This document shows, one piece after another, positions 17,268 through 25,545 of a stretch of 32,000 nt of DNA. Below the pieces are notes generated by a model that did not search any database, was not told the DNA's origin, and saw nothing but the letters and a program-made list of their open reading frames with translations. How positions within the stretch are numbered: position 1 is the first letter of the stretch; each line of letters opens with the position of its first letter. This stretch comes from Candidatus Pelagibacter sp. HTCC7211 (GTDB lineage: Bacteria; Pseudomonadota; Alphaproteobacteria; Pelagibacterales; Pelagibacteraceae): positions 1-32,000 of the forward strand of contig NZ_DS995298.1 in the NCBI RefSeq assembly GCF_000155895.1, read 5' to 3'. Position numbers and translations under genes: made by a program.

Positions 17268-18703
17268 ATGTTATTGATTTTATTTTGAATTTCTTTTGTT
17301 TTTAAAGGTATATTACCCACTCTACTTACTTGAATTCCAGCACCAACAGAACCTAAGTATGCTGCTTCAAAAATATTAGCTCCACAAGAAAGTGCAAGAG
17401 CGCTGCATACCAGAAGAGAATCTCCAGCTCCAGCAGGGTCAACTGCATTTGTATTGAATGTATTGAGCTGATCTGTAAATAGTTTATCTTGTACTTTGTT
17501 TTTAGAGTGAATTAAAAGACCTTCTTCTCCTAATTTCAGAAGTACATTGTTAGCTTTTGAAATTTCTTTAATCTTATCTGCAAGTACTACTAATCCATCT
17601 TCTCGATTTCTCAATGTTATACGGGCCTCATTTTCTGTGGGTGTAATCAAGTCCATATTTCTAAATCTACTAATATCACCAAATTGTGATGACGACTGAC
17701 TATCTGCAACAATTTTTATTTTTTTAGATATTGCTAATTTAGTTATATGATCAACAACTTTTTGTGGTAACACCCCATAATTAAAATCTGAAAAAATTAA
17801 TAAATTTGAACTTTCTAATTGTTTTTCAATTTTACTAATAAGAATATTTATAAATTTATCACTTATTGAGTTTTGTTTAAGATGGCTTACTTTAAGTAAG
17901 GTCTTATTTTTGTTTCGAAATCTCTTTTTTAATGTTGTTATACGATTATAATCGACAATAATATTGCTATGTACGCCTTGTCTAGATAAAGTTTTTTCAG
18001 CAAAATTTTTATTTTCATCATCACCTGACACAGTAAAAATACTGGATGAAGCACCTAGACCAGCTGCATGAGCAGCAACTATACCTGCTCCACCTATATA
18101 TTTTGAGCTATCTACTGGAGTAACAACAAGAGAAGGGTCTTCTTGAGACATACCAAGTGTTTCACAGTTAATATATTCATCTATTATAAGATCTCCTATC
18201 ACACTTACTTTAACACTTGAAAAAGTATTCAGTAAATTTGTTAATCTTTCAACCTTAATATTGTGTCTTTTGAGGTAATCATGATGCATTAAAAAGTCCT
18301 CGTTTGAGTCATTTTTAATTTCTTTTCTAATCAAATCCATAGAAGATAATAAATTTTCACCTGAGCCAAATAGTAGTTGACCGTTAAACTCTTCTAAAAT
18401 TTCTTTCTCAACATTAAATTTTTGTTCGTGTTCTTTTCCTTTTACAATAATATCTGGCTTTAATTTTTTGATGAAATCTTCAATTGGCTCATCAATAATC
18501 ACTGCTTTATCAACTAAGTTATTTGAAGAAATCCCCTCTAGTCTTAAATTTTCATTTATATAAGCAGCCTTCCCAGCATTTCTATCAGATAAAACTCCAA
18601 CAATAAGTTTTCCGTTCATATCCTTGGCAAATCTAAGAAGTCTTATGTGGCCGGGGTGTAAGACATTAAAAGCACCTGAAATAAAAATTGTTTTATTCAC
18701 CAC
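17264..18703 (-). CDS. Bifunctional cytidylyltransferase-fold nucleotidyltransferase (N-terminal) / PfkB-ribokinase-family sugar kinase (C-terminal); HldE-like with swapped domain order
   Basis: It starts at a GTG (18703 or 18700). N-terminal 'GAFNVLHPGHIRLL' is the (H/T)xGH motif and 'RLEGISS' matches the RTxGIST motif. The C-terminal 340 aa or so carry 'VSVIGDLIIDEYI', 'GGAGIVAAHAAGLGA' and 'DPAGAGDSLL', which are PfkB/HldE domain I hallmarks. Confidence 0.75.
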   Translation of the reverse strand: MVNKTIFISGAFNVLHPGHIRLLRFAKDMNGKLIVGVLSDRNAGKAAYINENLRLEGISSNNLVDKAVIIDEPIEDFIKKLKPDIIVKGKEHEQKFNVEKEILEEFNGQLLFGSGENLLSSMDLIRKEIKNDSNEDFLMHHDYLKRHNIKVERLTNLLNTFSSVKVSVIGDLIIDEYINCETLGMSQEDPSLVVTPVDSSKYIGGAGIVAAHAAGLGASSSIFTVSGDDENKNFAEKTLSRQGVHSNIIVDYNRITTLKKRFRNKNKTLLKVSHLKQNSISDKFINILISKIEKQLESSNLLIFSDFNYGVLPQKVVDHITKLAISKKIKIVADSQSSSQFGDISRFRNMDLITPTENEARITLRNREDGLVVLADKIKEISKANNVLLKLGEEGLLIHSKNKVQDKLFTDQLNTFNTNAVDPAGAGDSLLVCSALALSCGANIFEAAYLGSVGAGIQVSRVGNIPLKTKEIQNKINNI

Positions 18704-19413
18704 TTTAACTCTTTTCCATCATAGTTAAGAAACTTACCATTATGTTTGCGATCGAGTTTAAAAATAAGTTCATAAATTTTTTTTGTTGAATATGCAACGG
18801 ATAAATCAGCTGCAAATCCTCCTGATTTAGTTCTAACCCATCCTGGGTGTAGAGCAACAATTATCATATTTGTTTTAGATAAGTCATAAGAAATACTTTT
18901 TATGGCTGAATTCAAAGCACTTTTTGATATTCTATAAATCATATTCCCACCAACTTTATTATGTGCCATTTGTCCTCTCAAACTTATACTTCCAGCTAAA
19001 CTCGAAAAAAAAATTGCTCTACATTCTTTTTTTAAAATTTTTTTTTGTAATAAAAGTTCAAAAAGTATAACTGGGTTTATACAATTTATTTTCAAATAAG
19101 ATTCAAATTGTTTTGAGGACAAACCTTTTAAAAAAACTGTTTTATCTTGTATGTTAGATGATCTATTGTTTGAACCAGTTTGTGCAGCAATTAATAAAAT
19201 ATAATCAATTTTTATTTCTTTTAATGCTAACCATTTCACAAATTTTTTAACTTCTTTTAATCGACTCATATCTAATTTGTAGACGTTTTTATTATTTAAT
19301 TTTGGTTTAGAGTATCTATAAGTTGCTATTACGTTATGTGTTTTTTTATATATATTAAGAAGTTTTTTACCGATACCCGATCCACCTCCAATAATTAATA
19401 TATTTTTTTTCAT
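18697..19413 (-). CDS. Classical short-chain dehydrogenase/reductase
   Basis: 'ILIIGGGSGIGKKL' is the Rossmann motif and 'YRISKSALN' the Y-x-x-x-K. The ATG is at 19413. Confidence 0.75.
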   Translation of the reverse strand: MKKNILIIGGGSGIGKKLLNIYKKTHNVIATYRYSKPKLNNKNVYKLDMSRLKEVKKFVKWLALKEIKIDYILLIAAQTGSNNRSSNIQDKTVFLKGLSSKQFESYLKINCINPVILFELLLQKKILKKECRAIFFSSLAGSISLRGQMAHNKVGGNMIYRISKSALNSAIKSISYDLSKTNMIIVALHPGWVRTKSGGFAADLSVAYSTKKIYELIFKLDRKHNGKFLNYDGKELKW

Positions 19414-19480
19414 GTATTTTATTCTTTAAATAAATATTAATTGCATATATTTCATATTATTCAGTATATTTAAATATATT
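19414..19480. promoter_or_regulatory. Divergent intergenic region (67 nt)
   Basis: It lies between divergent starts at 19413 (-) and 19481 (+). Called from position only. Confidence 0.35.
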
Positions 19481-20353
19481 ATGCATATATCTTTATTTGG
19501 CCACACGGGTTTTTTTGGTAGCGAAATATATAAATATCTTAAAACAAAAAAAAAAATTAGTAGTTTGTCTACTTTTTCCTCTCAAGAATTTGATTTATCA
19601 AAAAAAAAAGCTGTTAGGAGTCTCTCAAAAAGATACCAAAAAGATTGTACTATTATTTTTTGTTCTGGAATAAAAAAACAATACGGTGATAATTTAAACA
19701 TTTTTGATTTAAATATAAAAATAATCACTAACTTTGCAAAATCTCTAAATACAAATGTTAAGAAAATAATTTACTTTAGCTCAGCCTCCGTTTACGGAGA
19801 AGATAAATTACATAAAAAAAGAATAAATGAAAATACTGAACTAAACCTCAAAAGTTATTATGGTTTGAGTAAATTTATTTCTGAAAGAATTTTAGAAAAA
19901 ACTGCAAAAGAACTTGGTATTAAATTAATAATTTTTAGAATACCGCTTGTATATGGTGTTGGAGATAGTACAAAAGGATACGGGCCCTCAGATTTTATAA
20001 ATAGTTTTATTGACAGTAGACCAATCACTCTCTGGGGAAAAGGAGATGAATACAGAGAATTTATATATATTTCAGATATCGTAGAATTAACTTATAAATT
20101 TTTAAATAATAAGTCCGAAGGAATATTTAATATAGTCTCTGGCAAAAGTTATACATTTTTTACAATTATTAAAATTTTAAATAAAATATTTTCAAAAAAA
20201 TATAAGATTAACTATAAAAGAAGATCAAAAAAGAAAGTAGATCATAAATTTGATAATAAAAAAATATTAAAGTTCTCACATGGATACAAATTTCATACAT
20301 TGGAAGAAGGTATTGTTAAATTTTTAAAATCTTATGAAAAAAAAAATAAATAG
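19481..20353 (+). CDS. Extended-SDR NDP-sugar reductase/epimerase
   Basis: 'ISLFGHTGFFGSEI' is a G-x-x-G-x-x-G variant. 'SSASVYG' and 'YGLSKFISE' (Y-x-x-x-K) follow. At 290 aa it is similar in size to 4-ketoreductases of the RmlD/GDP-6-deoxy-4-keto-hexose reductase type. Confidence 0.65.
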   Translation: MHISLFGHTGFFGSEIYKYLKTKKKISSLSTFSSQEFDLSKKKAVRSLSKRYQKDCTIIFCSGIKKQYGDNLNIFDLNIKIITNFAKSLNTNVKKIIYFSSASVYGEDKLHKKRINENTELNLKSYYGLSKFISERILEKTAKELGIKLIIFRIPLVYGVGDSTKGYGPSDFINSFIDSRPITLWGKGDEYREFIYISDIVELTYKFLNNKSEGIFNIVSGKSYTFFTIIKILNKIFSKKYKINYKRRSKKKVDHKFDNKKILKFSHGYKFHTLEEGIVKFLKSYEKKNK

Positions 20354-21518
20354 ATATAACGAAATTATAAATCTTGGATTACAACCTGTTTCTAATAGAT
20401 ATAATAAATCTCCAAATAAAGAATGCTTAAAAACAGATTTGATTTTAGAACAATCAAGTGAAACTGGAATTATTAAACTAAAAAATAGTAGAAATCCTAT
20501 TATCTACAAACCATTAGTTAAATGGATTAAATATAATGAGCCAGAACCTCATCTTGATCAATTTGTTAACACTATATTAAAGAAATATTTTAATAATAAA
20601 AAAATAATTGTAGGTGGCATATCCTCAAAAGATGATTCTACGCTTAATCGATTTTTGAAGCTTGGTCATAAAATTTGGAGAATAGATGAAAAAAAAGATC
20701 TTAAAATAAGTTATGGATCTGGGATTGAAACTATTCAGCACTATTTGGCAAAGAATAGACTTATTCATCTCAATAAAAAGTATGACAAGGTAGATTTTTT
20801 AGTCGTAAGACATATTTGGGAACATGTTTATAATCAAAAAGAATTCAGCGACGTATTAAAAGGTTTGATCAAAAAAGATGGTATAATATTTATTGAAATT
20901 CCTGATTGCCGTAAATTACTAAAAAGTAAAGATATAACAATGATTTGGGAAGAGCATCTCTTTTATTATACTTCACAAACTATCATAACTTCTTTGAGAC
21001 AAAATGGTTTAAGAGTAATAAGTAAAAAAATAATAAGCTATCCTACTGAAAACAGTATTTTATTATGTGTTAAACCGTATAAAAAAAAGAGAAGCTTAAT
21101 TTCAAATCTTCATAATTTAAAAAAAGAGATAAGTCTTGGTGTCAATTATGGAAAACAATATCAAAAAAATAAAAAATATTTAAATAAACTCTTTTCAGTA
21201 ATAACTAAAAAGAAAAAAGAGATTGTGTTATTTGGTGGTGGACATCTTTCATTAGCATTCATCGCATTTTATGATATTTATAAGTATATAAGTTTTATTG
21301 TTGATGATGATGTAAACAAGAAAGGAATGTTTATGCCAGGTAGCTCGATTCAAATAAAATCATCGAATGAACTTACCAATAAACAAAATATACTTTTACT
21401 ACTTACAGTTAACTTAACCAGTGAAAAAAAATTAATAAAATTAATTAAAAAAAAATATGGTAACATTAAAATTAAATCAATATTTCCTCTCAGTACATAT
21501 TCAATTTTTAAGAAATAA
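20334..21518 (+). CDS. NDP-hexose C-methyltransferase-like protein lacking the Zn-ribbon and with a degenerate SAM motif
   Basis: It shares 'LGLQPVSNRY' and the C-terminal 'IVLFGGGHLSLAFI...FIVDDDVNKKGMFMPGSSIQI' domain with the downstream paralog. It has no C-x2-C pairs, and motif I reads 'IIVGGISSKDDS' instead of 'ILDVGSNDGS'. The ATG overlaps the upstream gene by 20 nt. Confidence 0.5.
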   Translation: MKKKINRYNEIINLGLQPVSNRYNKSPNKECLKTDLILEQSSETGIIKLKNSRNPIIYKPLVKWIKYNEPEPHLDQFVNTILKKYFNNKKIIVGGISSKDDSTLNRFLKLGHKIWRIDEKKDLKISYGSGIETIQHYLAKNRLIHLNKKYDKVDFLVVRHIWEHVYNQKEFSDVLKGLIKKDGIIFIEIPDCRKLLKSKDITMIWEEHLFYYTSQTIITSLRQNGLRVISKKIISYPTENSILLCVKPYKKKRSLISNLHNLKKEISLGVNYGKQYQKNKKYLNKLFSVITKKKKEIVLFGGGHLSLAFIAFYDIYKYISFIVDDDVNKKGMFMPGSSIQIKSSNELTNKQNILLLLTVNLTSEKKLIKLIKKKYGNIKIKSIFPLSTYSIFKK

Positions 21519-21526
21519 ATTTTAAA

Positions 21527-22771
21527 ATGATAAATTTTAAAGAGATCTTGAAAGATAATAAATGTGATATATGTGGTTCAAAATCTATCAAACCGGCATT
21601 AAGCTTTAGCCCTTCTCCCTTAGGTGACATTTATCTACCATCAGATAAAAAACACTTATCTAACAAGTTGTATCCATTAGACTTATATAATTGTGCTAAG
21701 TGTGGTTATTTATCTTTAATAGATAAAGTAAATCCAAAATTGAGTTACACAAATTATATTTATGAGAGCAAAACAACCGTAGGTCTTTTGACTCACTATG
21801 ATAAATATGCAAAAGAAATATGTAAAAAATTAAGTCTATCAGAAAAAGACAAAATACTTGATGTTGGAAGTAATGACGGGTCAATGTTAAGTTCATTTAA
21901 AAAAGAAGGACTATTTACTTTAGGTGTAGAGCCTGCTTCGGAAATAGCTAAAATTGCAAATAATAGTGGATTTAAAACTATTAATGGATATTTGAACAGT
22001 AATACAAGTTCTTATATTTTAAAAAAATATGGGACATTTAATGTAATAACTGCAAATTATGTTTTTGCTAATATACTAGATGTAAATTCTTTTGTAAAAA
22101 ATATATATAAATTACTCTCAAAAAATGGGAGCTTTGTAATACAGACTGGGTACCATCCAAAACAATTTAAAAAAAATATGTTTGATTACGTGTATCATGA
22201 ACATTTTTCTTATTTTTCGTTAAATACATTAATATTCTTAATGTCTAAATATAAATTAAAGCTTGTTGATGTTGAAACCAATACTAAAAAAGGTGGTTCA
22301 ATTAGGGTCATTTTTTCTAAAGATCAAAAAGCAAAAAAAAATAAGAAAAAAATTGATAAAGTCATAAATTATGAAAAAAAATTAAATATAAATAGTGATA
22401 AGTATTTTATGAACTTTGAAAAAAGATTGGTTAAACTTAAAACTAAATCACAAAATGAACTTGAAAAAATAAAATTTAAAAAAAAAACAATAGTAGGTTT
22501 AGGTGCATCTCATAGTGTTTCTACTCTAACACATCATTTTAAATTAAATAGATTTTTCGATTACTTAGTAGATGATAACAAAAAGAAACATGGGCTTTAT
22601 TCACCAGGTTCAAATTTAATTGTTCGTCCAGTAAAATTTGGAAAAAAAATACCTAATTACATTTATGTTCTGGCATGGCAACATCAAAAAACAATATTAA
22701 AAAAATATCAATATTTAAAAAAAAGAGGGATTAAGTTTATTATTCCATTGCCAAAGTTTAAAATTATATAA
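21527..22771 (+). CDS. NDP-hexose C-methyltransferase (Zn-ribbon + class I MTase + C-methyltransferase C-terminal domain)
   Basis: 'CDICGS' ... 'CAKCGY' form the Zn-ribbon. 'ILDVGSNDGSML' is motif I. 'IVGLGASHSVSTLT...YLVDDNKKKHGLYSPGSNLIV' is the C-terminal domain typical of TylCIII-type sugar C-methyltransferases. Confidence 0.65.
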   Translation: MINFKEILKDNKCDICGSKSIKPALSFSPSPLGDIYLPSDKKHLSNKLYPLDLYNCAKCGYLSLIDKVNPKLSYTNYIYESKTTVGLLTHYDKYAKEICKKLSLSEKDKILDVGSNDGSMLSSFKKEGLFTLGVEPASEIAKIANNSGFKTINGYLNSNTSSYILKKYGTFNVITANYVFANILDVNSFVKNIYKLLSKNGSFVIQTGYHPKQFKKNMFDYVYHEHFSYFSLNTLIFLMSKYKLKLVDVETNTKKGGSIRVIFSKDQKAKKNKKKIDKVINYEKKLNINSDKYFMNFEKRLVKLKTKSQNELEKIKFKKKTIVGLGASHSVSTLTHHFKLNRFFDYLVDDNKKKHGLYSPGSNLIVRPVKFGKKIPNYIYVLAWQHQKTILKKYQYLKKRGIKFIIPLPKFKII

Positions 22772-22775
22772 ATAA

Positions 22776-23711
22776 TTATTCCCAAATTGTATCATTGTCT
22801 TTGAAAGGTCCATTATTTACCTCTAGAAAAATGCAATAATCAGATTTACTCTCGACAATTCTAAATTCATTAGGTTTCAATCTATATGATTTTGATAATG
22901 TTTCATTTTCAAATGTTTCTGATCCTAGAATAACTTTTTTGTTTTTATCTTTATTTGAAATCTCAAGCAAACCATCAATAATATGATAACTGATTGATTC
23001 TTTATTTTGTTTTAGTGGACCAACAGAGGATGGACAGGAATGAAACATGTACATTTCATGCAAATTTGAATCATCATCTTTGTGAAGACATATTCTGCTT
23101 ACTTTAATATTTCTTATTTGTGATAGAAAAAGAAAAAAATAAAGATGCTTTTTAGAAACATTAAAAATATTATTTTTAGAATAGTATACTCTCTCGTTTT
23201 TTTTAACTATATTAAGTTGATTTATTATATTTTTTTCAATTAAATTTTCATATTTTTTATTAAAATCTCTAAATTTTTTTGAAAGATAATTGCTAATTTT
23301 GAATAAATTTTCATAAATAGCTGGAACAATATCGAGATGCACTAATTCATCTATACTAAACCAGTTATATTCTATACCTTCATTAAGTTTAAATTTATTA
23401 TTTTCGTCTTCTTTACTTATAAAAATTGGAAAATAATGAAGATCAATTGATTTCCACTTACTCTGAAAAATTTCGCTTTCAATTAATTTTGGAGAGTATT
23501 CAATTTCTTCAATCAATTCTCGTCTGAGAGCTTCATGAAAATTTTCTCCAACTTCAACCTCTCCCCCAAAAAAATTCCAATGAAGAGGGTATGGAATTTC
23601 AGGGTTATTATCTCTTTTTTGAAGCAGCAATTTTTTGTCTGATCTATATATTATGGCTTTAACTGCATGGAAAGATTTTTTACTGGTATTATTCAAAGTA
23701 GATAAATTCAT
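22776..23711 (-). CDS. Nudix hydrolase fused to a C-terminal WbuC-like cupin domain
   Basis: The Nudix box is 'GGEVEVGENFHEALRRELIEEIEY' (G-x5-E-x7-R-E-x2-E-E). The C-terminal 130 aa or so, 'ICLHKDDDSNLHEMYMFH...SYHIIDGLLEI...FLEVNNGPF', resemble WbuC-family cupins. The ORF track starts at GTG 23777 inside the upstream gene; ATG 23711 ('MNLSTLNN') is preferred. Confidence 0.6.
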   Translation of the reverse strand: MNLSTLNNTSKKSFHAVKAIIYRSDKKLLLQKRDNNPEIPYPLHWNFFGGEVEVGENFHEALRRELIEEIEYSPKLIESEIFQSKWKSIDLHYFPIFISKEDENNKFKLNEGIEYNWFSIDELVHLDIVPAIYENLFKISNYLSKKFRDFNKKYENLIEKNIINQLNIVKKNERVYYSKNNIFNVSKKHLYFFLFLSQIRNIKVSRICLHKDDDSNLHEMYMFHSCPSSVGPLKQNKESISYHIIDGLLEISNKDKNKKVILGSETFENETLSKSYRLKPNEFRIVESKSDYCIFLEVNNGPFKDNDTIWE

Positions 23712-24354
23712 AATCACCTTTATATCCAAAATGTTCAAATAACCATATCCATGAGTCTTTATTAAAAAAAGATTCACATGTGAGGGCCCAGCATTGTAAA
23801 TTAAATTGTTCTTTTTCGTTTCTATAACTTTCGACAGCTATATATTTGTTTTTACCTACTCTCTCAATTTCTGTAATAGCAGTTTTTAAGTCAGGTATTT
23901 GAAGATTGTGCAAGGCATTTATAGATATGACTAGGTCAAATTCATTATCTTTAAAAGGAAGAGTTTTTTTCAAATTATGAATGAAAAAATTATTCTTAAA
24001 TATTTCAGGAGCCTCTTTAAGAGCATGCTTAGAAATATCTATTCCAACTATATTTATTGATGGTAATTGTTTTTTTATCTCTAAAAGCAAAAATCCTTTA
24101 CCACATCCTGCATCTAAAATTCTAGAATTATCTTTTAAGTTATAATCAGTTATTATTTGCTTAGCAAGACTGCTCCATCTTCCTTTTATATATTTATAGC
24201 CTCCATAACCATATCTTCTATCACCATCCCAATAATTAAATTCATATTTCTTAGCTTCAATCATACATGAAACCTTATCATCATTCATCCTTTCCAGATA
24301 TTCACGTTTAGTAGATTTATGAAGTGCAGTTATATAATCTTTTAATCGTCCCAT
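23689..24354 (-). CDS. Class I SAM-dependent methyltransferase
   Basis: 'ILDAGCGKGFLLLEI' is motif I, 'IVGIDIS' motif II and 'FDLVISINALHN' motif III. The ATG at 24354 lies 4 nt after the upstream stop. Confidence 0.75.
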   Translation of the reverse strand: MGRLKDYITALHKSTKREYLERMNDDKVSCMIEAKKYEFNYWDGDRRYGYGGYKYIKGRWSSLAKQIITDYNLKDNSRILDAGCGKGFLLLEIKKQLPSINIVGIDISKHALKEAPEIFKNNFFIHNLKKTLPFKDNEFDLVISINALHNLQIPDLKTAITEIERVGKNKYIAVESYRNEKEQFNLQCWALTCESFFNKDSWIWLFEHFGYKGDYEFIYFE

Positions 24355-24358
24355 TCCT

Positions 24359-24751
24359 TTAAAATTTTTCCAAACAGTTAGGTAATACTTCTTTTATACT
24401 CCAAATATCTTCAATTATTTGAATATCATCTTTATTATTAAAAATCCTATTTTCTAGAGCAAAGTAAATTTTTTTTTTATTTTTAATGGCAATTTTATAA
24501 ATTTTTTCTCTTTGACTAGTATCATTTGGTAATTGAAACAAACTATAAAGAATTATATCCTCTTTATTAATTTCATTAATTATTTTAAAAAGAACTTTTG
24601 ATGAGTTCTTCATTGCATATTCAGTTGCACTCAATAAATACATAATATTGTTTCTTGAACAATAATCTCTAATAGCTAGGTTTTGAATGGATTGAGGAAT
24701 TCGTTCACCAAGAAATTTCCTACTAAAGATATACCCTCTTGCTTTTTTCAT
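24359..24751 (-). CDS. Small uncharacterised partner protein of the 2OG oxygenase, copy 2
   Basis: This 130-aa protein overlaps the oxygenase with ATGA. It is a by-eye paralog of ORF 14937-15371. It has no transmembrane segment and no catalytic motif I can name. Confidence 0.55.
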   Translation of the reverse strand: MKKARGYIFSRKFLGERIPQSIQNLAIRDYCSRNNIMYLLSATEYAMKNSSKVLFKIINEINKEDIILYSLFQLPNDTSQREKIYKIAIKNKKKIYFALENRIFNNKDDIQIIEDIWSIKEVLPNCLEKF

Positions 24752-25545
24752 TTAATCTTTGGCAATTTATATTTCATTGCAAATTTTGAAGCTGCTTTAA
24801 GTGAAATTGGCTCAAAAAATTCTCCTAACTTTTTGTCACCATATGGAGTAAAAATACCTTTAAATCGACAATTCATCGACCATCTTGTCTCTTTTTCCTC
24901 ATTTACTAAATTTCCATGTGGTAGACATTGATTGAATATTAAAACCTGACCATAGTTTATTTTAAGCCATTTTATATCATTTTTAATTTTCGGAAAAAGC
25001 TCTGAACTATTTTTAAATTTTGAACTTTGAAGCAGATTAGTAATTTTTTTATACTTTGAGGCTGGAAGTATAAACATACTTTTTGTCTTAAAGCAGTTCA
25101 CGAGAGGTAGCCATACAACTGACTCAAATGGAGAGTCTCCTGACCAGGTATCTGCGTGAACATCTAACAATGAACTTTTATCTTTAGGTAATTGAATACT
25201 GAGGTTTACTCGGTTTTGCATAACAAGTTCGTTGCCAACAATTTCATTTAAAAATGGAGAAGCAACATTATAATATTCTTTTCTAAAATTTTTATCTTTA
25301 TTGACTTCCTGGATTAAACTAAGTCTAAAATTATTAAGATCATTAATTTTTATCAATTTATGAAAGTTATTTAAAATATCTTTATTTGAGTAATCTTGAT
25401 TAAAATAATTTTTAATAAATTTTAAATAAAAATTTCTTATCCAATCTAAAGACCTTATATTTTGGATATCAACAATGATATATCCATCTTTAAGATATCT
25501 TTTAGACAAATAATTTTCAGACTCAGTAATGAATATGTTACTCAT
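24748..25545 (-). CDS. 2OG-Fe(II) oxygenase (PhyH-like), carbohydrate-cluster type, copy 2
   Basis: 'VHAD' ... 'LPHGN' form the H-x-D...H triad, with Arg in 'ETRWSMNCRF'. It is collinear with copy 1: 'LNNFHK' vs 'LNHFHK', 'VVWLPLVNCFKTKSMFIL' vs 'VAWIPLVDCYKSKAMYIL'. Confidence 0.7.
   Translation of the reverse strand: MSNIFITESENYLSKRYLKDGYIIVDIQNIRSLDWIRNFYLKFIKNYFNQDYSNKDILNNFHKLIKINDLNNFRLSLIQEVNKDKNFRKEYYNVASPFLNEIVGNELVMQNRVNLSIQLPKDKSSLLDVHADTWSGDSPFESVVWLPLVNCFKTKSMFILPASKYKKITNLLQSSKFKNSSELFPKIKNDIKWLKINYGQVLIFNQCLPHGNLVNEEKETRWSMNCRFKGIFTPYGDKKLGEFFEPISLKAASKFAMKYKLPKIK

Noticed and set aside
24359-24751. The N-terminus of the small partner protein ('RGYIFSRKF...QNLAIRDYCSRNNI') superficially recalls the serine-recombinase/resolvase N-terminal pattern (Y-x-R-V-S ... 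Q ... Y), hinting at a mobile element
   Set aside because: There is no DNA-binding domain, no flanking inverted repeats and no other mobility genes. The second copy lacks the pattern ('IKSFYCCIDS'). The conserved operon context argues for an enzymatic accessory role.
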